The notes below the pieces were generated by a model, which was not told where the DNA came from, searched no databases, and worked only from the letters and a program-made list of their open reading frames with translations. A program made the position numbers and the translations under genes. Below are positions 39,601-51,700 of a DNA stretch of 55,415 bases, piece after piece (positions within the stretch are counted from its first letter, which is position 1; the number at the start of each line of letters is the position of its first letter). The stretch is from Girardia tigrina. Its lineage: Eukaryota. The stretch is from NCBI GenBank assembly GCA_001938485.1, contig MQRK01224761.1, forward strand, positions 21,713 through 77,127. Direction: 5' to 3'.

Positions 39601-42600
39601 GAATGCAAAAAAGCGCGATTCTCACTTGTTTCTTAGCAATAATAATAAAAAATATTAAAAATAATAATTTATCAAAAATAATAATTTGGGCTGGAAAGGG
39701 TTAATAATCTTTCTATCGAATGATCTGATATTTAACAATTAACCGGAATTAGAAATTGGTATTTACAGGGTTAAGCATGAATATATTAAAAATTATTCAA
39801 CAATATATTAAAATGGATATAACAATATTTTTAAAACAATTCGCTATTTTTTAGAAGAACAACCACCATGCTCAAAATAATCAAAAGGATATAAAAATCG
39901 TGGAATAAAGATAAAAAAAGCCATGTAAAATATCTGAAGATGAAGGGATTTCCTTGCCAACAACATACCGAATTTTAAACGAAATTTCGGATTGAAGGAC
40001 CGACGAAGAGATTTGATGTATAAAAAGGGGAGAAAAAAGAACATTCTTAAATCAGGGCCTTTATTTCTCGATTGCTCCTAAGAAATATCTTTTGTACACA
40101 GGCCGAAATTTCTGAAAAATTAAATGAATTCGGAATTATTTGTTCGAAAACTAGCATTTGTAGAATTTTGAAAAACAGAGTATACAAGGAACCGTTTGGT
40201 AAAAATACCAGAAGAACGAAATACTTAAAAAAATATTGATTGTAGACAACAATATGCTAGAGATATACAATATATACTAGATGAAAACTTCATTTTTCTG
40301 GATAAGACGGGCATAAACATAAACCAATCGAGAAATTGCGGTTATTCGCCGAAGAACACTAAGGCTGTTAAAGTTGTTAGATCTAACCGAGGAAGAAATG
40401 TTAGCTGTATGGTCGCAATAAAAAAGACGGACATAATCGGGTTTGAAGTAAACGATGGACCTTTTACCAGTGTGAGTTTTATAAGCCTTCTCGAAATTAA
40501 ATTACTTTCGCATTTTATGATGGTTAAATGATATTTGCCGCTTCTATCATAACAGAGATGATACTGAATTGTTGAGAACAAACAATTTTAATTATCGCTT
40601 TACTCCACCCTACTCCCACCAATTAAATCCTATAGAGGAGTACTTTGGACATTTTAAATCACTAATATCATCTTATGACAATTTGCCAAACAATGTGCAG
40701 GAATTACACGGGCGTGCAACAAATATAGGACAGAGACGTAATCAGCGGCAGCTAGTGACTTGCGCTTACTAGGAATGCTACGTTCAAATGGGATAATTTC
40801 AATCCACTTTTCCTGACACGACAGTGCTTCAGCAGGTTACCTGGCCATTTATAGTTAGGAATAAAACTCGCTGGTATTTCCATTGTATCGCGCGTGCGAC
40901 TCCGGACATCTAAGGGCATCAGAGACCTGTTATTGCTCCATTTCATTTAGGTAAACGCTATTTATTCCTCTAAGAATAAGTTATGTGGATAAGGCATGAT
41001 TTTTTTTGAAAACACCTGTTTTATATATTTTCATCACTATAAGCCCTTTTTAAAAATCTGATTTATAAATATAAAATATAAATTTAGGGGAAGTTTATTA
41101 AAGCTTTTAAAAAACTCCTGTATTTTTCTTGTAATTTATAATCTTGTTTTATTTTGTGTAATATATTAGATAGTTAATAATTAAATATATAAACGTTTTG
41201 GTGGGCACGGTGGAGACCCCAAATAAGTTGTACATGCTGGACTGCATCACTATTTCAGGTACCATGAACAACCAAGTTATATGTCATACATTGGATGATA
41301 TGATTAGATTCCTTGAAATCCCACGCCAGCATTTTGTACTTTTCCTGACGGATGCTGCAAGGTATATGGTTAGTGCAAGACAAGTTCTGAAGACAATGTA
41401 TCCGCAACTGTTTCATGTAACCTGCATAGCTCATTTACTGCACAATTGTGCAATGAAAGTGAAGACAAAATATGCAGCAGTAGACAACTGGATTGCCACT
41501 GTTCAAGCCATAACAGTAAAGCTCCGTGAACAACGAGACCTATTTTAAATTATTTGACAACCACCGAAGCCGGTTGTCACAAGATGGACCGCATGGTTAC
41601 ATGCAGCTTTTTACTACGCGGAGCATATGCCAACAGTTCGACAGATTGTTAATTCCATTGAAGGCAAAGGGCTCTTTCTTGCTTACGCCAAAGAGGCGGT
41701 TGCAAGATATACTCTTGTCAAAAACTTAATCAACATTTTACAATATAAGTCGCTGGCACACTTGGTAGAACGTTGTGAGACTTAAAAATATTTCTGTTGA
41801 TACAAATTCGTGTGCCATTAGAAAATACTTGGATAAACGTTTGGACAATACTGACATTATGGACATAATGAAGATGGAGAGAAACGATGTCCCCTTACTT
41901 ATATGCTTTGCTGCAGGAAGCGCAGCCAACAAGTGCTGCTGTGGAAAGGAGTTTTTCCATACTGAAAAGAATTTTGCGAAATAATCGCAACTTTGACGTG
42001 GAAAATGTGCGATACTGAATTTTAATTCCCGCTGCTTGAATATTTTTTTTACTCTATATGTTATTAATACAAATTTTGATATACTTGTTCTCTTAACTAA
42101 TTTTTAAGGTACAAAAGTCGAAATCTAGAAATAATAAAGTCAAAATTTTGATTTTTTAGGTCAAAAATGCCCGTCATAACAATTATAACAGAAAATAGTA
42201 TAGTTTTGTTATTAAAATTGTTTTAAACTGTTTTTATTGTTTTCTGAATGGTTTTAATATATGTGACCAAAGCTGAGAAAAGGGACCACAAGTAGGAAAC
42301 TGAGTTAAGAGTGCCACGTTGTACGTCTCATAATAGTTAACAACTGTGCAAAAATCATGCTGATATTCCATCATTTGACTCTTTTGACAGATATTACAAT
42401 GGTCATATTCGTAAAAACTCGTTTTTGAGAAAACGCGAATTGAAACATTATGTTTATTAAAATCACTGCTACACACACAAATTGAAGTTGGTAGTTAAGG
42501 CCTATAAATAGGTCAGAACAACAAATGATGCATACTGTATTCAGGGGCATGGATTGACCTATTGAAATAGATAGAGAACTACTTTTGCCCCATTTTTGAC

Positions 42601-42713
42601 CAATCCTCTATTACAGGGGATTTCTGGGCTTTCTATGCAGCGACTTGTGGTCCTTTTCTCAGCTGCGGTCACATATTGTCAATTATTTTTAATATATTGT
42701 TGAATAATTTTCA

Positions 42714-42796
<83 letters not shown>

Positions 42797-45700
42797 AACT
42801 TATAAAGGAATGTGTGTCAATGATTACGGTGTTACCATAAATATGCCACACTGTAGACCGCGATGTGGAACGCACACATATTATGTATGTACAATTAGAT
42901 AAAAAGAAAATTCACTTTTCCATGTAACAAGACTTTCATCTAAGTTGAGTATAAAAGTTTTATTATGATTCTATTCCTGAAAGATTTATAACATCGAAAT
43001 ATTGACATAAAGTTGAAGAAGTCTATGGAAATACTTATCCATCAAGTTCAAGACAATCTGTAATTTGATTAGGAACTTTAAAAATGGACGCCAATCTGTT
43101 TTAGAATATGAAATAGAAAGAATATCAATGGAAATTTCAGAAAAATAGCGGAAATGGTGTGAGAAAGTAATCACAGAAGATCGAAAAATTGATTTGAGCA
43201 AACTCGCATTACGTCTCAACATTTGTAAAGGTTCCTTTCGTGCCATACTTAAAGATCTTTTAATTATTAAATTTTGTTTATATCGTGTTCCCAAATTTCT
43301 GATTGGTGAAATGTGTAACTTTCTTTTCAACTGTTATTCTAAATTTGCTACTGTATGATCAATGTGGTGAAACATTTCCGGAAAACATCATCAGAGAAGA
43401 GGAAATTCCAATCAGTGTGAGTGTCTACAAAAGCAAACGGAATTTTGCTTATTGTAGACTCCCTCATGAATGTGCAATACTATTTTAGACACAGATTTAA
43501 CATATTCTACCAACGAAATCAAGTAATTAAGTTCTTGGCAACGTTACTTCTAGATTACTTGATGAAAGGACATAAATTTACTGAAGTGAATGATGTAGAT
43601 TATTTTGTTGAGTTTGAGATATTATCGAAGTATTTTGAATATTGTTTTGGTATCGTTTAGATCTTTTTTCCTTCGCACAGTTAACTATGAGGTTGTTATT
43701 GTTACCCTAAATTTAATTTGAATGAAAAATCTTGAGAAAGTCTGTATTAATTTTTTAGAGTCAGTGAAGTCGGTAAGGGAAGTACTGAGAATATTTTTCA
43801 CCTTTAGAAAATCAATTAACTTCCTTAAATGACGGCCTTGTCAGAAGATTGACCTATGTTACAAAAATGATTGTCGACCAGCGTAATTCGGTATAAGAAA
43901 AGGATGTTAAGTGACGTGGTTCAAACATTGAAAAAAATTATGATACGCTAATAGTGATAAATGAGCTTTGGACTTAGTGTAGCGTGATTTTATTTACTCT
44001 TTCAGATTATTTTTTATTACTGATTGTTCTATATATAACTCAAGAATGTCAGAATTTATTCTTAATTTGAGATTATACAATGAATATACATTTGCGATTG
44101 AAACATTGGTAGTTTAATTGAAACAAGAAGGTAAGTCATGAATGTCATCAAAATCTGATTTACAACTGGAATAATATGATTCGAAATCAAGTTCATATAA
44201 ATTATGTAAGTTCTTAAAATCAATTCTTCATGGAAATCCAATCAAAAGAGGTATCAAAGCAACATTAAAATAAGAGAAATAGTTTTTTCTTAAAAAGAAG
44301 ATACACAAACGCAACGAGAGTTGATAAAATAAATGTAAAATAAATAAATAGTATTCCAAACCAGTTTAATAGTTACTATAAGGATCAAGATCTGAAAGTC
44401 GATATAAAAGTAAAGTTTAAGATATAATATAAAAGATGTAAAGGGAGTTATTTTGGTAGATTTCTTTGCTTAATTAACCCTTAGTTCGATTTCTGGTCAG
44501 CTAATAACCTTGTTGAAATGGGCAAGATGATATGATATGTCCTCTCCACATGAAACTAACTTAATATGTCGACAGAAGAGAGAATTTGGATTTTGTTGGT
44601 AATATGAATACATTATCAGTTAATGTTTTCTCGTATCTGACCAAATCTCATACATGGTATTAGCATGACTTATTGTAGTGCTTCTATTTTTGAAAATCTG
44701 TAAATCCACATTAATTGTCTTGCAGTAACTTGAATTCGATAGTTCTCTATACGATTCTTTCTACTACTGATTTTATTTTCCTTTTCATTTAAATGCTTTA
44801 CTATTCAATATTGACAAATTGAGTTGACAAGTTTTTCAATAACGAATACAAACTTCTACAAGACGAACTTCTGACAGTTGTTAATCATCGATCAAACACG
44901 ACTGTGTTACTTTCAGTATTTTTTTATGACAACTGATCTCTGATGATTCGATCCCAATAACCGAATACTGTGGATAAACATCGTTTAAAATCCGGTTTGT
45001 GATTCTGCCTGTTTCAGAAATTTAGCCACAAAGGGAAATCGTCTCGTTCGATCGGCCGACCATGCGATCCAGTTTGTGATAGACATCTTCAAGAAAAGTG
45101 ATTGAAGTCAATCTGGTAGTGAGGTGACTCGAACTGCCGATCATTGACTTGGCATAATCTTTGCAAGTCGTCGGTATGGAACACTTTTAGAGTTGATTCA
45201 ACAATATTTTTAAAATATATTCTTATTTTTCATTTGTATCAGCTCTCTTGACAACTTGAAAAACTTTGTCCGTGTGAGGAATATTTTAAATTGTTTGAAT
45301 GTGTAAATGTATTGATGCTGTATTTTGAATTTAGAATGGTGATTCTCCCACCCAGATGGAAATTGGTATTTTTTATTTAAATTTAAAGTGATTGACTATT
45401 CGAACATAATTTAAATAATCATTTGATAAGTTCATATTTTTAATTTTACAATTAAAATTAAGTTTAATAATTTTTAGTAAAATTTAAGTTAAATGCATTT
45501 TTAATAATTTGATGACATTTTTATCATTTTGGGATTTGTTGAAAAATGGTAAAATTTATTATTTTTTAATTAATATTTTTTAGAGGTTAAATATTTAAAA
45601 AAATAACTTAGAAAAATTGTTCGAATAATCATGATTAAAAATAGAAATAAGAAAACCAATTAGAAGGATGACAAACGACGAAAGACCTTTTGAGAGTTGT

Positions 45701-48700
45701 AATGACTCTAAATGTGATTGTAATAAACATTCAAATGAGACTTGTCTAAGTGTTCTAAATAGTCCGAAAATCTCAACCATTCACAAATAAAAACGGTCTG
45801 CTGTTATTTGACAATTTTACCATTTAGATAATTATTTTCTTTAAATACTACTTATTTATGTTAATTAAAAATACATGACATTTTTTAAAAGAAAACTGAC
45901 TCTAAGTTATTAATATTAATTTAGTACGTCTTTTTTCCCTTGAATTGTCTTATTGCTCCAGTCTTTTAATTCGCATATGTTTGAATTTTAAATCGCATTT
46001 ATTTTAAACAAATTTGTATGTTGATTGCATTTATGTTTTTCGTGTCTTGATTATATAATTACTAAAAGTTAATTTACACATATCTCTATTTATATTAATT
46101 TCAAATTTTATGCTAATTTTCTTGAATTTATTGATATTTAAGCATATGGTAATAATAATTATTGTTGAGAATTCAAAAGTGATATATTTCGCGTTAAAAA
46201 AATTAAATATTTTAATAATAATACACTAAAATGACATAATATAATTAGTTTTTTTTATTTGATATAAAAGAAACGGAATCTTTCCCATATCTTGTGAATG
46301 ATGATTTCCCTTAAATTCAGTGTCAAGATTACATTTCTGTGATTATGAAGAATTTAATTTTCGGTATCAAAGAAATGATAGAATCAGAAATAAAATACAT
46401 AATAATATTTTTAGATTTAAAATATTTTTCAAAAAATAATCATTAAATAAATATAAAAGTAAGAAATATAATAAAAGTATTTATATTATTGAATAATAAT
46501 GCTAAATAGAACGAATTACAATGTTGAATTAAAGCATAAATGGCGTTTTCCAACGAAATAAATAGTATTTTGTACAATTGATTCTTGGACAATCTAAAAC
46601 AATTATGATACAGGGATAGTGTAATCTTAGTTTCTAGAAAACAGTTGATGGTCTCAAGAGTAATTGGGTAATAGATTAGCAAAAAACGGATGGAAATGTA
46701 ATTTACGATTTCCTGATTTTCAAATCTGCCGAGTTACAGTTTTATAATTTTTTTATTGGTTTTAAATTTTATTAATTATATTTTATTTCTTTCTTTTTTA
46801 TTATGGTTTTTTGTAATATTAATTGTTAGGAATATTTTGAATGTTTGATGTTTTGTGTTTGAATGTGTATGCTGATTTGGAATTGTGTCTCTCCTACCCA
46901 GATGGATGATTAATATTTGAATTCTTATTATCTAAAAATATGTAATGTTTAAATTTATTTTTAATTTCAAATAATTTTACAATTTGAAATAAGTGAATTA
47001 GTTTTTACAATTTTTAATAAATAAATCAAATTAATATTTTTTAAATAATTAATAATCATTTTAATTTCTATCCAATAAGTTTTTAGTAAATATTTTATTA
47101 AAATATTTATTTCCCCATTTGCTAAAAAATAATAAGAATTAATTCATTAATTAATTTAGTTTAGAATGCAATCATACGAAAGCTTTGACAAAGATTGTCT
47201 TAACGACAATCAAAATTGTTGTTTAAATAAAATATGAAAAGTCAAATTGGTGTTCTTAATATTAATGATTATGAATAAATTTCTGTGATCATCTTCTATC
47301 TAAAATAATCCGTACTAGGTTTTTTCATCGATTATTTGTAAAAAATATTCAATTTTCTTTATTTGAAAAAAGTTCTTCACATTATATTTCAAAATTTTAA
47401 TGTTGTTTTATAGTTTAAAGCATAAATAGCCATTAATAAAAGAAAAGGATTCTTAAATCTGCTTTTATATACAAACAGTAATTTTGTAATCATGGAATAA
47501 TTACGTAATCTCAAACACTCGATAAGCTCGTTGAGGGACCCGTTTGTGTACATTGTATGTTTCTTAGAATCTAAAGATTTATACCATATTCTTCAGAATA
47601 TAAGACATGCTAAGTATTTTGTTGGGTGTTTAACACCAAGACAACAAAATTTTAAAACTTTATCAGAAGGATTTTTGATGGTGTTCACCGCTTCCGAATT
47701 CACAGATTAAAATTGCGCTCGATTATAACTTTGATCAACACAAATACTTCGAAATAAATTTTTATTGATTCAACCAAATTACAATTGTTTTAACAACAAC
47801 TAGTACAATTAGATTACTGACTGAAGGCGAGATTCTCAAAATTTTATATTACAAATGAGCTTCACCTATTGCAGGTTACTCCAGCTCAATTTGAATTCAA
47901 ATAATAGAATTGATTTTTTAGGAAATCGTCTGATGCTTTCACCTATACAGGTTACTGTTGATCAGATTACTGTTTAAAATATAGTGATTTCTTATTTATA
48001 AACTTTGAATTGGTTATTTTGACCTTAACCTTTTTGTCGAGATTTTTTTGTAGTTTTATAAAAGTTTTTTGGCCTTTTTATACTTATTTTGGCCTATATA
48101 TCACAATATAAATTAATTAAAATATATATACATATATATACACATATATAATAATTTAAAAAAAATTTATAAATTTTTTTTTTAAATAATATTCGGGCTA
48201 AAAGCCCATTAATTGACTCTATATCCGGGCTTAAAAGCCCATAAATTTGCTTTTTTACTATCGGGCTTAAAAGCCCGGAAATTACACATTTTTTAATTCT
48301 CCATTGGGGATTTTATGTCAATTTGTTTTTTAATTCCCCATTGGGGATTTTATGATGAATGTCGATTCTCCTAATTGGAGAATCGACAACGGCAAAAAAA
48401 TGAATATCATTTCATTTTTTATTTTTCATTTTCCCCAAATCGATCCATGGAATTTATTATGATCACCCAAAAAAAAGGTAAGAAGCATGCCCGACTCCAG
48501 GAATGTCCGGAGGGATGGAGCATCGATTATGCTCCATCCCCGAGGGTACCCCAGGAATGGGTAAAACTTCATATATTTTTTTATATATATTTTTTTTTAA
48601 AACATAATTTTAATTAATTTATTCTTTTTAAAATTTTAAAAACAAATTTGAACCCATTCCCCAACAATTTATTTTTAAAAAAAATATTAGTTCATCCTTA

Positions 48701-51700
48701 AACTCTGGGTAGGCCTAATATAAATCTTATGTTTTAAAACCAAAGTTAATAAATTAACTTTTTGAAAAAATCAAAAAACAACTAACTAAAATTTATTCAA
48801 ATACACTTCAATCATTACACTCGACCACATCATCAACAAATCGATTCAATTTCTTCATTTATTCCACTAATTTTTTAAGGACAGCTTTTGTTTCATCAAT
48901 ATTTTCCGTGCTTAAAATATAAGTTTCTTCATATAAAGATGAATTGTCAAAAAACCTGCATCCAGTGTATTCATAACACATGTTTCAGAAATTTTATCAT
49001 TCTTCTGAACTTGGTTTAATAAAGTTATTGCTCTTATTTTTAACCATTTTAAATCATCAATTTCAAATTTCAAACATTCTTTAAATGATTTGTTGATCAC
49101 AATATCTAACCTTTGAAGATAAGCTATCATCGCTGGTGGTATTATTAACTGATAAATAACCATTCTTTGTACAACATACTCGAATGAACATACATCATTC
49201 ATAAAGTCACACATTCATTCAATTTTAAATATTCCTCACATGTATACTTAAAATTTTGATAAATTAAATAAGTTTAGACTGATTTTTAAATCGATTAAAT
49301 TTTTATTTTTTTAATAATTTTTTAATAAAATGATTTTAAAGTTAAATTATTATTATATAGGCCTCACAATCGAGGGAAGTCTTAATCTTTCCTTTGGAGG
49401 AAAATATATGTAGTGCATTACTTTTATAATAGCTTTATATTCTGATAATACGATGTATAGTGATTCGTAGGCCACTCATCCAATAATTAATCAAACCAGT
49501 GCACTGAATTTTGAAATTATTTATGGTTATATTTGTGTTCTTTCAATGTTCTGCAATATTACTTACATTCACATTACGAGCATGTTCTAAGATCATCGCC
49601 TACAGATATGATCTCTGATTAAAAGTTCATATATTCTTCATGACCGACGATGCCGGTTATGCCGCCAAAATTAATTGCCCTTGAAAATAAAAATTATTTT
49701 ATAAATGACACATTTATGCTTTTATAACTACATTGCCATTATTTTTTATTTCTTTGAAAATATGTTGCATCAAGTAATAAATTAAATATCTTGAGCCTGA
49801 TAACCCAAAGAGATAATTAATTAATAAAAATCTCAAATATAACTCTAAGGATATTGAAATTAAAAAAAATATTAAAAATATGCAGTGCGTTCAGAAAGTC
49901 ACTGTGCACCTTTCATTGTCTGGTTTATTTTTAGATAATCAGCGTTGTAGCAGACTTTTTAAATGCAAATTTCTATGAAATCGAACTATGAAATATATTC
50001 GTGAACAAAAAACATACCTACACACTTTGACCTTGACACTGAGCGTTTTAAATTTTTTTAAAAAAAATATCATTTTGATATTCAATCTAATNNNNNNNNN
50101 NNNNNNNNNNNNNNNNNNNNNNNNNNNNNNNNNNNNNNNNNNNNNNNNNNNNNNNNNNNNNNNNNNNNNNNNNNNNNNNNNNNNNNNNNNNNNNNNNNNN
50201 NNNNNNNNNNNNNNNNNNNNNNNNNNNNNNNNNNNNNNNNNNNNNNNNNNNNNNNNNNNNNNNNNNNNNNNNNNNNNNNNNNNNNNNNNNNNNNNNNNNN
50301 NNNNNNNNNNNNNNNNNNNNNNNNNNNNNNNNNNNNNNNNNNNNNNNNNNNNNNNNNNNNNNNNNNNNNNNNNNNNNNNNNNNNNNNNNNNNNNNNNNNN
50401 NNNNNNNNNNNNNNNNNNNNNNNNNNNNNNNNNNNNNNNNNNNNNNNNNNNNNNNNNNNNNNNNNNNNNNNNNNNNNNNNNNNNNNNNNNNNNNNNNNNN
50501 NNNNNNNNNNNNNNNNNNNNNNNNNNNNNNNNNNNNNNNNNNNNNNNNNNNNNNNNNNNNNNNNNNNNNNNNNNNNNNNNNNNNNNNNNNNNNNNNNNNN
50601 NNNNNNNNNNNNNNNNNNNNNNNNNNNNNNNNNNNNNNNNNNNNNNNNNNNNNNNNNNNNNNNNNNNNNNNNNNNNNNNNNNNNNNNNNNNNNNNNNNNN
50701 NNNNNNNNNNNNNNNNNNNNNNNNNNNNNNNNNNNNNNNNNNNNNNNNNNNNNNNNNNNNNNNNNNNNNNNNNNNNNNNNNNNNNNNNNNNNNNNNNNNN
50801 NNNNNNNNNNNNNNNNNNNNNNNNNNNNNNNNNNNNNNNNNNNNNNNNNNNNNNNNNNNNNNNNNNNNNNNNNNNNNNNNNNNNNNNNNNNNNNNNNNNN
50901 NNNNNACAAACTTTGCAAGACCTACGTGATAACATCCTACACCAAATTGAAGCCATCACCCAAGAGGAAATTCATCGAGTGTTCGAAAACTTGAAACGTC
51001 GAATTAACGTTTGTATTGACGAACTTGGTGGGCATTTCCAGCAGTTGTTGTGACTCTTTTCTTGTTATTTTTAATAAATTAAGAGACGGTCATTGTTCTT
51101 CACATAAAATTGACTATTCAAAATATTTTGTTATTGATTTTTAGAACACAGGATATCGTTCTTGTTTTGAAATTGCAGGTGCACAGTTACTTTTGGAACG
51201 CACTGTATATGAATGTTAAAAAATTATTAAGAACTGTAAAAATATGAAATGTTATGTTAAACACAGAAATCTTTTTAATGAAATTACAATAATGATATTA
51301 AATATTCAAGTTAATTATTTCAAAATGTATTAAGTTACAGTTAATACTTTTTTGCTAATAGTTTATCATTGTTGATGTAATTAGTTTTTCATTAAACTCT
51401 TGAAAAGATCAACAAGGACATTTTAAGTTCAAGGATGAAAGTGTTTTAAAATAATAATTACGTTTATCATTAATAAAAAGTAACACGATTTGCTATTTAA
51501 ATATGTCTACTTTCGGAAAAATGTCTTTCATTAAGAAAATTTTCTCTTAAAAATATTACATTTTTGTAACAATTTCCACGATGAAGTATTTTTTAATTAT
51601 CTAACAATTTTGAACTATTATTTCTGTGCACAAAATCGCTAAAATGTCTGTATACAAATGGAAAAGGTTGCTATAATTTTTTATGTAATTATGGAAAATT

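Larger units (their letters stand above)
39781..42719 (+). mobile_element. Tc1/IS630-type transposon enclosing an 18S fragment, a hAT remnant and a MITE
   Basis: Inverted ends atatattaaaaattattcaacaatatattaaaa / ttttaatatattgttgaataattttcaatatat. Transposase remnant 39868-40706 with IFLDKTG, GYSPKNT, RGRNVSCMVAI and FTPPYSHQLNPIEEYF. Confidence 0.75.

Noticed and set aside
40707-40976. Functional rRNA gene
   Set aside because: Only ~270 nt, mutated at conserved positions, no ITS/5.8S/28S context.
44006-44130. tttcag...aag|gtaagt candidate PSME4 exon
   Set aside because: Stop in the required phase-0 frame; exon 7 joins exon 8 colinearly without it.
48190-48390. CRISPR-like look of palindromic repeats with spacers
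   Set aside because: Repeats are only ~15 bp and change sequence along the array, spacers are short and AT-rich, there are no cas genes, and the context is a eukaryotic intron.
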